A DNA stretch of 64,000 bases from Acidobacteriaceae bacterium (GTDB lineage Bacteria > Acidobacteriota > Terriglobia > Terriglobales > Acidobacteriaceae), in NCBI GenBank assembly GCA_003139995.1, contig PLIC01000085.1:3739-67738 (forward strand), given 5' to 3'. Position 1 is the stretch's first letter. Each line of letters begins with the position of its first letter. Position numbers and translations under genes: made by a program. Shown here piece by piece: positions 26,236 through 36,079 of this stretch. A model generated the notes under the pieces. That model made no database searches. It was not told the origin of the DNA and saw nothing but the letters and a program-made list of their open reading frames with translations.

Positions 26236-29200
26236 ATGTGGATTGTCGCATTAGCGCTTCGCCGTCCTTATACGTTTGTGGTGATGGCACTGCTCATCAT
26301 CATTCTTATGCCGATCGCCATCCTTCGCACTCCGGTCGACATTTTCCCCGAAATCAACATTCCCGTGGTCAGCGTGGTGTGGAGCTATGACGGTATGTCG
26401 CCGAGTGAGATGGCGAACCGGATCGTGACCAACTCCGAGCGCGGATTGACGGTCACGGTCAACGACATCGAACATCAGGAGTCGCAGTCGCTGAACGGAA
26501 AAGCTGTGATCAAGATCTTCTTCCGGCCTGGCGTCAACATTTCCATGGCGATGACGCAAGTGACGGCGATGTGCCAGACCGTGCTGCGCGGACTGCCCCC
26601 GGGCACGACTCCGCCGTTGGTCATTACGTACTCGGCATCCACGACGCCGGTTGTGCAACTGGGCTTGAGCAGCAAGACGCTTGAGGAGCAGCAGGTGTTC
26701 GATCTGGCGCAGAATTTCCTGCGCAACCAATTGGTTACGGTCCAGGGCGTGGCCACTCCCTATCCTTACGGCGGCAAGCCGCGCCAAATACAGGTGGACC
26801 TCGATTCCGCCAAGCTCCAGGCCTATGGTTTGGCGCCCATCGACATCGTCAATGCAGTGTCCGCGCAGAACTTGATTCTGCCGGCCGGGACGACGAAGAT
26901 CGGGCCGACCGAGTACTACATGGAGATGAACGGCACTCCGCAGACCATCGCCGAACTGAACGATCTGCCGGTGAAGACCTCCAATTCGTCCACGCTTTAC
27001 CTGCGCGACGTGGCGCACGTGCGCGACGGATTTGCGGTGCAAACCAACATTGTGCGCCAGGATGGCGTGCGCGGCGTACTGATGTCGATGTATAAGCTGG
27101 GCGGCTCTTCCACGCTGGCGGTTGTCGATGGCATAAAAGCGATGGTGCCGCAGGCGGCAAAGTCTCTGCCGCGCGATCTTAACATCAAGGCCTTGTTCGA
27201 TCAGTCTCTGTTCGTGCGGGCGTCGATTCAGGGAGTGTTGCGGGAAGGCCTGACCGCAGCCTGTCTTACCGCCATCATGATCCTGGTTTTTCTGGGTGAT
27301 TGGCGTCCGACCTTGATCATCGCGGTCTCGATTCCTTTGTCCATTTTCGTCTCGGTAATTCTGCTGAGCGCGCTCGGCGAGACCATCAACATCATGACCC
27401 TGGGAGGACTGGCGCTCGCCGTCGGAATCCTGGTCGACGATGCCACGGTGGAGATCGAAAACATCGAGCGCAATCTGGCCATGGGCAAGGAAATGAAGAA
27501 GGCCATCCTCGACGGCGCGCAACAGGTCGCTGTGCCCGCGTTCGTATCGACGCTGAGTATCTGCATTGTGTTTGTGCCGATGTTCTTTCTGACGGGAGTC
27601 GCGAAGTTTCTTTTCGTTCCGCTGGCGGAAGCGGTGAGCTTTGCCATGCTGGCGTCGTACCTGTTGTCGCGGACCCTGATCCCGACGCTGGTGATGTTTA
27701 TCATGCGCGGGCATGAGCATCGCGCCGCCGAGCCGACCTTTTTTTTGGCGAAATACCAGCGGAAATTCGAGCGCTGGTTTGAAAGGTTCCGCGGCAGCTA
27801 CCGGCAACTGCTGGAAACCACGATCGAACACCGGAAATTATTTTCCCTCGGTTTTGCCGCTTTCTGCTTCCTGTCGCTGGGGCTGGCGTTCTTTCTGGGG
27901 CGGGATTTTTTTCCGCAGGTGGATGCGGGCCTGATTCGCTTGCACGTCCGCGCCCGGCCCGGCCTGCGCGTGGAAGAGACGGCACGTCTGTGCGATGAAG
28001 TGGAGCGCGTGCTGCGCAGCGAGATTCCGAAGGAAGAGTTGGAAACGGTGCTGGACAATGTCGGCGTTCCGTACTCCAGCATGAATCTTTCCTATAGCAC
28101 CTCGGGTGTGATTGGGACGAGCGATGCGGAAATCCTGATTTCGCTGAATCCGGAACACCATCATCCGACGGCGCAATACGTGCGCCAGTTGCGCCGTGAC
28201 CTTCCATCGCGGTTTCCGGGCGTGGAGTTCTTCTTCCAGCCCGCCGATATCGTGTCGCAAATTCTCAATTTTGGATTGCCCGCGCCGGTCGATATTCAGG
28301 TAATGGGCGCCGATATGCGCGGGAACTACTACATCGCGCAGGGAATCGCAAATCGGCTGCGCCAGATTCCCGGCACGGCGGACGTGCACGTGCAACAGAT
28401 GATGAGCCTGCCCACGCTTTACCTCGGTATGGACCGCACGCGCATCAATCAGGTCGGACTGAATGCCCAAGAAGTCGCACAGAGCGTGCTGATCAGCTTG
28501 AGCGGAAGCTTCCAGACGGCCCCCAATTTCTGGCTTGATCCAAAGAATGGTGTTACCTATCCCATCGCCATACAGTCGCCGCAGTACCGCATGACATCGT
28601 TGCAGGACTTGATGAACACCCCGGTGAACGCCACGAGTGCCGAGGCCCCACAAGTGCTCGGCAATTTGGCGCAACTCACGCCGGTGGCGCGTCCCGCCGT
28701 GGTCAACCATTACAACGTGCAGCCGGTCATCGATGTATATGCCAGCACCCAGGGGCGCGATCTGGGCGGGGTTGCGACGGACATCATGAAGGCGCTCAAA
28801 CCAGTCCAGGACCATCTGCCGCGCGGAACGCAAATCGTGGTTCGCGGGCAGATTGAGACCATGCAGTCCTCGTTCTTCGGCCTGGGCGTTGGCCTTCTGG
28901 GCGCAATCGTGCTCGTCTATTTGCTGATCGTGGTCAACTTTCAGTCGTGGCTCGATCCCTTTATCATCATTACAGCGTTGCCGGGAGCGTTGGCGGGAAT
29001 CTGCTGGTTCCTGCTGATCACGCGCACCACGCTCAGTGTTCCGTCGCTGACGGGCGCGGTCATGTGCATGGGAGTGGCGACCTCGAATTCGATTCTGCTG
29101 GTTTCGTTTTCTCGCGACCGCATGAATGCGGGAGCGCCCGCACGGCAAGCGGCGCTCGAAGCGGGCCACACGCGCATACGGCCTGTCATCATGACGGCGC

Positions 29201-29391
29201 TCGCCATGATTATCGGCATGGTGCCGATGGCGTTGGGCTTCGGTGAGGGCGGCGAGCAGAACGCACCGTTAGGCCGCGCCGTAATTGGCGGCCTGCTCTT
29301 CGCAACCGTAGCCACATTATTTTTCGTGCCCAGCGTATTCACGATTATTCATGGCCGCCGTGAGGCACGGCTGCAGTCGGAACGGAAGTAG
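26236..29391 (+). CDS. RND efflux transporter, inner-membrane permease (AcrB/HAE family)
   Basis: 1051 aa with a 12-TM RND layout. N-terminus RRPYTFVVMALLIIILMPIAI, and conserved GGLALAVGILVDDATVEIENIERN. Confidence 0.9.
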   Translation: MWIVALALRRPYTFVVMALLIIILMPIAILRTPVDIFPEINIPVVSVVWSYDGMSPSEMANRIVTNSERGLTVTVNDIEHQESQSLNGKAVIKIFFRPGVNISMAMTQVTAMCQTVLRGLPPGTTPPLVITYSASTTPVVQLGLSSKTLEEQQVFDLAQNFLRNQLVTVQGVATPYPYGGKPRQIQVDLDSAKLQAYGLAPIDIVNAVSAQNLILPAGTTKIGPTEYYMEMNGTPQTIAELNDLPVKTSNSSTLYLRDVAHVRDGFAVQTNIVRQDGVRGVLMSMYKLGGSSTLAVVDGIKAMVPQAAKSLPRDLNIKALFDQSLFVRASIQGVLREGLTAACLTAIMILVFLGDWRPTLIIAVSIPLSIFVSVILLSALGETINIMTLGGLALAVGILVDDATVEIENIERNLAMGKEMKKAILDGAQQVAVPAFVSTLSICIVFVPMFFLTGVAKFLFVPLAEAVSFAMLASYLLSRTLIPTLVMFIMRGHEHRAAEPTFFLAKYQRKFERWFERFRGSYRQLLETTIEHRKLFSLGFAAFCFLSLGLAFFLGRDFFPQVDAGLIRLHVRARPGLRVEETARLCDEVERVLRSEIPKEELETVLDNVGVPYSSMNLSYSTSGVIGTSDAEILISLNPEHHHPTAQYVRQLRRDLPSRFPGVEFFFQPADIVSQILNFGLPAPVDIQVMGADMRGNYYIAQGIANRLRQIPGTADVHVQQMMSLPTLYLGMDRTRINQVGLNAQEVAQSVLISLSGSFQTAPNFWLDPKNGVTYPIAIQSPQYRMTSLQDLMNTPVNATSAEAPQVLGNLAQLTPVARPAVVNHYNVQPVIDVYASTQGRDLGGVATDIMKALKPVQDHLPRGTQIVVRGQIETMQSSFFGLGVGLLGAIVLVYLLIVVNFQSWLDPFIIITALPGALAGICWFLLITRTTLSVPSLTGAVMCMGVATSNSILLVSFSRDRMNAGAPARQAALEAGHTRIRPVIMTALAMIIGMVPMALGFGEGGEQNAPLGRAVIGGLLFATVATLFFVPSVFTIIHGRREARLQSERK

Positions 29392-29446
29392 ACCGCAGTA
29401 AAAGTAGAGAAGAACAGAAGCAGAGAATTTTTTGGAGACCGCAATT

Positions 29447-30685
29447 ATGCCAGTACAACCGCCGCCCGTGACGACCGAGCAGAACGAGACGGAGGCCGTG
29501 CGTGCAGACAACTATCAGCCTTCCGACTTGGGCCCTAATCCGGCAGGCCGGGCAAAGCTTCTGATTGGCGCCGCGCTGCTCGTTCTGATCACGGCGGGCG
29601 CAGTTACGTTTCTGAACCGGCACACCGAATCTAACGCGCTGGCCAAAGAAACCGAAGCCGTCTCGGTTCCAACCGTCGCAGTGGTGCAACCCGCATCCGA
29701 GCCCGGCAACGACGAGCTTGTGTTGCCCGGAAATTTGCTTGCTTTTGAAGAGTCGCCAATTTTTGCCCGAACCAACGGCTACCTCTTACGCTGGTACAAG
29801 GACATCGGAAGCAAGATTCAGAAGGGAGAACTGCTGGCGGCGATTGACACTCCGGAAATCGACCAGGAGCTCTCCCAGGCTCGAGCCAGCCGCGAGCAGA
29901 TCAAGGCGGCGTTGGACTTGGCGAAGATCTCCGCCGACCGTTGGGCGAATTTGCTCAAGACCGACTCGGTTTCGCAGCAGGAAGCCGACCAGGAGGCGAG
30001 CGGGTACCAGCAGGCGCTCGCCAATCTGGCAGCGGCGGACGCGAATGTTCGCCGCCTCGAAGAACTCGAGTCTTTCAAGAACGTGTACGCTCCTTTCTCC
30101 GGCGTGCTTACCAAGCGCAATGTCGATCCGGGCGCGCTCATCAATTCCGGGGCGCAAGCGACTGGCAAAGAGTTGTTCGATGTTGCGCGCGTCGATCCGC
30201 TTCGCGTTTACGTGAGTGTTCCGCAGGCGTATGCGCCGTCGATGAAGGTTGGGATGAAGGCCAACGTTACGCTGCAGGAATTTCCCAGCCAGAAATTCTT
30301 GGGAACGGTCGCTCGCACCGCCGATGCCATCGATCCCGCGACGCGCACCCTGAACACGGAAGTGGATGTTCCCAACAAAGATGGCAAGCTGTTGCCTGGT
30401 TCGTTCGGCCAGGTGCATTTTGCGACCGGGGCTTCCGTCCCGCGGATTACGATCCCGGTAAACGCCATGCTCTTTCGCGCCGAGGGTCCGCAGGTCGCGG
30501 TTGTCGATAAAGATAACAAGGTGCACTTGCGCCCGATCAGCATTGGGCGCGACTTCGGCGCCACGCTCGAAATTCTTGGCGGGCTCGACGTAAGCGATCG
30601 GATCGTCATCAACCCGTCCGACTCACTCGAGGAAGGGCAGCAAGTACACGTCGCTAAGCCGAGCGCAGGAGATGCTCACTCGTGA
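29447..30685 (+). CDS. RND efflux periplasmic adaptor (membrane fusion protein, HlyD family)
   Basis: Coiled-coil hairpin region (QELSQARASREQIKAALD...) and beta-barrel motifs (VYAPFSGVLTKRNVDPGALI). I prefer ATG 29447 to the TTG at 29432. Confidence 0.85.
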   Translation: MPVQPPPVTTEQNETEAVRADNYQPSDLGPNPAGRAKLLIGAALLVLITAGAVTFLNRHTESNALAKETEAVSVPTVAVVQPASEPGNDELVLPGNLLAFEESPIFARTNGYLLRWYKDIGSKIQKGELLAAIDTPEIDQELSQARASREQIKAALDLAKISADRWANLLKTDSVSQQEADQEASGYQQALANLAAADANVRRLEELESFKNVYAPFSGVLTKRNVDPGALINSGAQATGKELFDVARVDPLRVYVSVPQAYAPSMKVGMKANVTLQEFPSQKFLGTVARTADAIDPATRTLNTEVDVPNKDGKLLPGSFGQVHFATGASVPRITIPVNAMLFRAEGPQVAVVDKDNKVHLRPISIGRDFGATLEILGGLDVSDRIVINPSDSLEEGQQVHVAKPSAGDAHS

Positions 30686-32196
30686 AGCGATTGCCTCCAG
30701 TCATCAAGAACGCCTTGAAAGGCGACTTGAAACGTGCGTTGCTGGCCGTCGCATCGCTCGCGGTCTGTACCGTCGGTTGCACCGTCGGGCCGGGATACAA
30801 GCGCCCCACCGCGCAGGTTCCCGACGCGTGGAAAGGCCAAGGGCCGTGGCAAACGGCGGCTCCGAAGGACGCAATTCCCAAGGGCACGTGGTGGCAGATA
30901 TTTCATGACGCGGAACTCGACCGACTGGAACAAGAGCTGCTTCAGGCAAACCAGTCGCTGGATGCAGCGCGGGATCGCCTCTCGCAGGCTCGGTCGCAGG
31001 CGCGGATCGCATCGTCGGCATATTTTCCCGCGCTCAGCGCCGACCCCAGCGGTCAACGCCAGCGCCTCTCCGGCAACCGTCCGCTTGAGGGCGGCACGGT
31101 TCAGACCGTCAAGGTCGACACTGAGAACAATTTTACCGTTCCGTTTTCCATCAGCTACGAGCTTGATTTATTCGGACGCGTGCGCCGCAATCTCGAAGCG
31201 GCCAACGCTTCGCTGCAGGGGAGCGCTGCCGACCTGGAAAATGTGCGCCTGGTGTTGACCGCCGAACTTGCCGCCGACTATTTCAACCTGCGCGAACTTG
31301 ACCGCGAAGCTGGAGTGGTACGGGAGTCCGTCGAGATCCAACAAAGAGGACTGGACCTGGTCAACCATCGTCACGAAGGCGGGGTCGCGAATGGACTGGA
31401 AGTGGCGCAGCAAGCCGCGTTGCTGGATTCGACTGCGACGCAGCTTCAGCTCGTGCTGCAGCAGCGGGCGCAATACGAACATGCCATCGCCGCGCTGACA
31501 GGGAAGTCCGCGTCGGCTTTCAGCCTGGCTGAGGCGCCGTTCAACGCCACCCCTCCAGCGATTCCCACCGGAGTTCCATCTGAGATTTTGGAGCGTCGGC
31601 CTGACGTTGCTACGAACGAGCGCCAGATGGCGTTCGAAAATGCGCAAGTCGGTTTAGCGATGGCTGCGTTTTATCCGCATATTACGCTGGCCGGCAGCGG
31701 CGGTTATGAAAGCCGCGACATTGCCACGCTGGTGAACGCTCCCAGCGCTTTCTGGTCGCTGGGTGGCGATCTGCTGCAGCCGATTTTTAATGGCGGCCGC
31801 AATCGAGCCAACCTGGCGGCGAGCCGCGCTGCCTATGACGAATCGGTCGCCAATTATCGCGAATCCGTCCTGGAGGCATTTCAACAGGTGGAGGATGGGC
31901 TCTCTAGTCTGGCGCTGCTTAACCAGGCTGCGAAAACTCAGCAGGCAGCGGTCGCCGATTCGCGCCGCGCTCTCGACATCGCCAACGACCGTTATGTGGG
32001 CGGCGTCACAACTTACCTCGATGTCATTACCGCGCAATCCACGCTGCTAAGCAACGAACGCCTGGCAACGCAGTTGCTCGGCCAGCAAATGGTCACTTCC
32101 GTTTATCTGGTGAAGGCTCTGGGCGGCGCGTGGGACGCCTCTGAAATTCAGCGCGAGCAGGTGAGGCCAGCGCTGGTTCAGGCCGTGCAGCAATAA
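30682..32196 (+). CDS. Efflux outer-membrane factor lipoprotein (NodT/TolC family)
   Basis: Lipobox LAVCTVGC. WW..F.D..L and duplicated coiled-coil repeats. The GTG start overlaps the MFP stop (GTGA). Confidence 0.85.
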   Translation: MKRLPPVIKNALKGDLKRALLAVASLAVCTVGCTVGPGYKRPTAQVPDAWKGQGPWQTAAPKDAIPKGTWWQIFHDAELDRLEQELLQANQSLDAARDRLSQARSQARIASSAYFPALSADPSGQRQRLSGNRPLEGGTVQTVKVDTENNFTVPFSISYELDLFGRVRRNLEAANASLQGSAADLENVRLVLTAELAADYFNLRELDREAGVVRESVEIQQRGLDLVNHRHEGGVANGLEVAQQAALLDSTATQLQLVLQQRAQYEHAIAALTGKSASAFSLAEAPFNATPPAIPTGVPSEILERRPDVATNERQMAFENAQVGLAMAAFYPHITLAGSGGYESRDIATLVNAPSAFWSLGGDLLQPIFNGGRNRANLAASRAAYDESVANYRESVLEAFQQVEDGLSSLALLNQAAKTQQAAVADSRRALDIANDRYVGGVTTYLDVITAQSTLLSNERLATQLLGQQMVTSVYLVKALGGAWDASEIQREQVRPALVQAVQQ

Positions 32197-32334
32197 CTTC
32201 ACCGACCGCCTGCGGCTCTGGCTGGCGAGCGTTCGCACCCGAGCCCGATCGTCGGTCGGAGCGGGTCTAGCGCAGAGCCAGTAAGCACTTCCCAGCTCCC
32301 GGTAAAATTCCAGCCCGCGAACCCACGCCGGGAG

Positions 32335-32625
32335 CTACGCCGTGCGTCGGTCCTGCCTGCCGTAGCGCAAACGGATCTCGCGCTCCGCAAGCAGCCAATC
32401 TTGGTTCTCGTCGCCGCCCGCAGTCCCTCTGCGCTGCAGGTAGAGTTCGTAGGCGCGACGGCGAATCTCTTCTTCAAGATTGACAGGAACGAGGTTGGAA
32501 GGCTTCGTATTCTTGCGTACGTCCTTGCCAACTTCGGGTGCAACCTCCACAGCGGCAGGCGGAACGGAGGCTCCGGTTTTCTTGCTGCGATTGGTCGTAG
32601 TGTTTCCGTTTGTCTTGCGAGCCAT
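32335..32625 (-). CDS. DUF2934-like small protein
   Basis: EEEIRRRAYELYLQRRG...QDWLLAEREI pattern. ATG 32625 is preceded by AAGGAG. Confidence 0.55.
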   Translation of the reverse strand: MARKTNGNTTTNRSKKTGASVPPAAVEVAPEVGKDVRKNTKPSNLVPVNLEEEIRRRAYELYLQRRGTAGGDENQDWLLAEREIRLRYGRQDRRTA

Positions 32626-32920
32626 ACGATACTCCTTACAGATACCCAACTCCAAAAATGGTTTTACATAATGAATAAGCGACATACGCGTACCCCGCCA
32701 GCCGCTATCCGACTATTTGCGAAGAATTGTGTATTCAAATATAACGCGAATGCCTGTGGAAGTGTGCCGCAAGACAACGAAAATTCTTCCCTCTACAAAA
32801 GAAGACACCCTTTTGGATAGGGATATGCAGGAGCTGCGAAGCCGGCAAAAGTACTCTGGTAACTTGTCGAAAAGTTGCTGGCGCACGCAGGATGGATGGG
32901 TAAGGATTGTGGCCACAATT

Positions 32921-33484
32921 ATGTCATCGACTCGGAATCAAGGTTCTGCAGCCAAAGCCGTCAAGGCCAGCCTCAGCGAATTGGAGAGCATGCTTCCGGA
33001 ATCTCCGAGTTCGGATAGAGCTTGCGTGAAGCTGGCCCAGATCCTGCGGGTGCACCGCAGCGAAGTGGCGCTGCTCAGGTTAGAAAAGTGTAGTCTGCGG
33101 TTTATCTTTCCGCCCGAACTGCGGTCCGCGGGCGTACTGCCGCTTACGGGATCGGCGGTTGCGGCGCGGACAGCGGCGACTCGCACTCCACTTCTGTCGA
33201 ATACGTTCATGAGCGTAAAACATGTCAGCTTGTTTGAAGCGGTGAAGCTGGGAGCCGGGGAAGAAGATCGGAGCCAGGAGCAAATGCCGATTCAGAAAAT
33301 CATGTCTGTTCCTGTGACGCTCCCCGGAGGAAACGTGATGGGCGTGGTGCAGATTTCGCGTAAAGGGCTGGATGCTTCGCTCGCGGGCGCGGACTTCACC
33401 GGCGAAGACCTGAAGCAACTGGAGCAGGCCGCGCAAATTCTCGCCCGCATGCCGTTCATGCAGGAAGGCGCGGAGATTCAGTAA
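32921..33484 (+). CDS. GAF-domain-like protein
   Basis: GAF-like pattern GSAVAARTAATRTPLLSN...IMSVPVTLPGGNVMGVVQISRKG. The start is uncertain (ATG at 32825 or 32921). Confidence 0.5.
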   Translation: MSSTRNQGSAAKAVKASLSELESMLPESPSSDRACVKLAQILRVHRSEVALLRLEKCSLRFIFPPELRSAGVLPLTGSAVAARTAATRTPLLSNTFMSVKHVSLFEAVKLGAGEEDRSQEQMPIQKIMSVPVTLPGGNVMGVVQISRKGLDASLAGADFTGEDLKQLEQAAQILARMPFMQEGAEIQ

Positions 33485-33523
33485 CGGCCGCATCGAGTGG
33501 CCGCATTTGTTCGCGGGAAATCC

Positions 33524-34720
33524 TCACATCGCCTGTCCGGCGCAAAATCCGGACGCCCAGGCCCACTGGAAGTTGAAGCCTCCGAGCTGGCCGGTGACAT
33601 CGACCACTTCTCCGATGAAAAAGAGGCCAGGCACTTTATGGGATTCCATGGTCTTGGCGGAAAGTTCGTCGGTGTCGACGCCGCCCGCGGTGACTTCCGC
33701 TTTTCCGTATCCCTCCGTCCCTTCCGGCTGAACTTCCCACGCATGCAGTTGATGTTCGGCGTCAGCGAAGGCGCGATCGAAGTTGCCCGCTAGGGGATAA
33801 GTTTCGAGCCAGCGATCAGCGAAACGGCGAGGCCACACCTCTCTCAGCAGCGACTTCCAACTCGACTGGTCGCGATGGCCGCGCGTTTGCAATTCGGCGG
33901 TGAGATTGCGGTCTGGCGCAAGGTCGAGATAGATCGGCTGCTTGCCGTCCCAGTAAGAAGAGATCTGGAGAATCGCGGGCCCGCTGATACCGCGATGAGT
34001 AAAAAGCATGTTTTCGCGGAACGCTTGTTTCGTGTTGCGCTTCGTGCCGCGAGTGGAAGCAACCACCTCGGTGGAGACTCCTGCCAGATCGCACCAGCGC
34101 TTGCGGTCGCTTTTGCTGAAGACGAGAGGAACGAGGGCGGGGCGTGGGGGCACGATCTTCAGGCCGAATTGCCGGGCCAGATCGTAACCAAATGAGGTGG
34201 CGCCGATTTTTGCGATCGACAAACCTCCGGTCGCGACCACCAGGCGAGGCGCGCCGAAACTGGCGTCCTCGGCTTGCACGGTGAACTGGCCGTCTTCACG
34301 CACGTCGTTCTTACGCACGTTGCTCACTTTCGTGTTGCACCGGATTTCTACTCCGGCGTCGCGGCATTCCTGCTCGAGTATCGCCGTGATGTCGCTCGCC
34401 GCTCGATCGCAGAACAACTGGCCGAGCTTCTTCCCGTGGTAGGGGATGCGATGTCTTCCGACGAGGCGCACAAAAGCGTCCGGAGTGTAGCGGGCGAGCG
34501 CCGACTTGGCGAAGTGTGGATTGGCCGAAAGAAAATTCTCTGGGCTGGTGTGCAGATTGGTGAAATTGCAGCGCCCGCCGCCGGAGATCAGGATCTTCTT
34601 GCCGATTCGATCCGCGCGTTCGAGCATCAGGACGCGCCGGCTCCGCTTGCCGGCTTCCATGGCACACATTAGGCCGGCAGCACCGGCGCCGAGAATGATG
34701 ACGTCGTATTTCCGATTCAC
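33524..34720 (-). CDS. HI0933/BaiN-family FAD-dependent flavoprotein
   Basis: YDVIILGAGAAGLMCA...GGGRCNFTN...TGGLS...VTAGGV...GLFFIGEVVDVTGQLGGFNFQWAWASG. GTG start. Confidence 0.85.
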   Translation of the reverse strand: MNRKYDVIILGAGAAGLMCAMEAGKRSRRVLMLERADRIGKKILISGGGRCNFTNLHTSPENFLSANPHFAKSALARYTPDAFVRLVGRHRIPYHGKKLGQLFCDRAASDITAILEQECRDAGVEIRCNTKVSNVRKNDVREDGQFTVQAEDASFGAPRLVVATGGLSIAKIGATSFGYDLARQFGLKIVPPRPALVPLVFSKSDRKRWCDLAGVSTEVVASTRGTKRNTKQAFRENMLFTHRGISGPAILQISSYWDGKQPIYLDLAPDRNLTAELQTRGHRDQSSWKSLLREVWPRRFADRWLETYPLAGNFDRAFADAEHQLHAWEVQPEGTEGYGKAEVTAGGVDTDELSAKTMESHKVPGLFFIGEVVDVTGQLGGFNFQWAWASGFCAGQAM

Positions 34721-34804
34721 ACGGAAATGAGCTTATCAGGGCTGGCGATCTGTCGGCTGTACTTCTTCCCGCCAGCAAACTCGGGCCTTTCCTCGTGCCT
34801 CCGC

Positions 34805-35551
34805 CTAACGAAATCTTCGGACTAACAGGGTGTGTCGATCCGATCGATACAGGCCGAGCACGTAAAGCGTGGCTTTCCCTTTTGTCGAATAAATGACCTG
34901 ACGGATCCTGAGCAGCGGCTCATCGCGCGCCACTTGCAGAAGATGCGCTGTCGCGGGGGCGGCGGCGGTCGCATCCATTTCCTCGTCGGCATAAGCGAGC
35001 TGGATACCATAGCTGCCCTCCAAAATAGAAAACAGCGACCCACGTGCCACCGAGCTGCGCGTGAGCCCGGCGAACTCCTCAGCCGGCAGATAGCAGGTCT
35101 CAACCGCGAACGGTTCGTCAGCCGCGAGCCGGAGCCGTTCCACTTTGAGCAGGCGAGTGTTGGCCGCCAAGGCCAGACGGGCCGCGACTTCCGGCTCGTC
35201 ATCGACCACGCAGAACGAAAGAACTTTCGAGCAAGCGGGTAGACTTCGACCGGCCATCTGCTCGGTGAAACTGGTCAGCTTGTTGAAGTGGATCTTGGGC
35301 GGCGCGACAAAAGTTCCGGCACCACGCCTGCGATGAACCATGCCCTCCCGTTCGAGGGCGGTTAAGGCATGGCGCGCCGTCATCAGGCTCACCTGGTGAA
35401 TCTTTGCCAGTTCCCTTTCAGAATCGACTGCATCCCCCGGTTTCAACTGGCCGTTTTCAATGCGCTTCACGATTGTAGCTTGGATTTTCTTGTATGCGGG
35501 CATTCCATTTGGGCGGCTGTCTGGCATGAACTCCCCAATCATTCGGACCAC
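34805..35551 (-). CDS. GntR-family transcriptional regulator (HutC subfamily, UTRA effector domain)
   Basis: PAYKKIQATIVKRIENGQLKPGDAVDSERELAKIHQVSLMTARHALTALEREGMVHRRRGAGTFV. Several in-frame start candidates (35551/35542/35527/35503). Confidence 0.8.
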   Translation of the reverse strand: MVRMIGEFMPDSRPNGMPAYKKIQATIVKRIENGQLKPGDAVDSERELAKIHQVSLMTARHALTALEREGMVHRRRGAGTFVAPPKIHFNKLTSFTEQMAGRSLPACSKVLSFCVVDDEPEVAARLALAANTRLLKVERLRLAADEPFAVETCYLPAEEFAGLTRSSVARGSLFSILEGSYGIQLAYADEEMDATAAAPATAHLLQVARDEPLLRIRQVIYSTKGKATLYVLGLYRSDRHTLLVRRFR

Positions 35552-35974
35552 ATGCGCTGCTGTTTACTTCGCTGTGCGCCTATGCGAACGAAAAACCGAC
35601 GATATTGTACCTCTTCCTTCAATGTGCTATAGAGTAAATGAAATCAAGAACCAGTGTTCCAGACCGGTCCACGATGCGTTTTCCTTTGTCTTCCACGCTA
35701 TAGAGCTGTCGGCACAACACAATTCAATACCATATACCGCTGAAGACTCACACCTTAAACCCTCACCATGAAACTTGTAAAGAGCGGATTTCGGCCGTAG
35801 CTCCGAAATACTGCATTTCATAGCACGAAATTCCATTCTTTGTATAGTTTAAAAGTCGTCGTCTTCTGCAGGCTGCGGATCGACCCACCTCCGGGAGGCG
35901 ACAGGCTCCGGATAGTGCTATAGCTTAGTGCTCAGAAAAAAGAATTGGAAACTCAGCTTTTTTGTATTTTTCTC

Positions 35975-36004
35975 TTGACGGCCTCCACGCAAAAGTACTA
36001 TATA
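35975..36004 (+). promoter_or_regulatory. Candidate sigma70-type promoter for the TonB-dependent receptor (TTGACG-N17-CTATAT)
   Basis: The hexamers were read directly in a 35-38% GC stretch, about 75 nt upstream of ATG 36080. Confidence 0.4.
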
Positions 36005-36079
36005 GCATTATCCTAGTATTATTGCAGTATTTGTTGATTGGGTTGTGTTTCACCAAAGCGTCTTCACGGAGGGACTGCG

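Noticed and set aside
26251-29169. 526-aa and 443-aa minus-strand ORFs inside the RND permease gene.
   Set aside because: They are antisense to a 1051-aa gene with clear RND motifs. Their translations are Arg/His/Gln-rich with no TM or domain logic.
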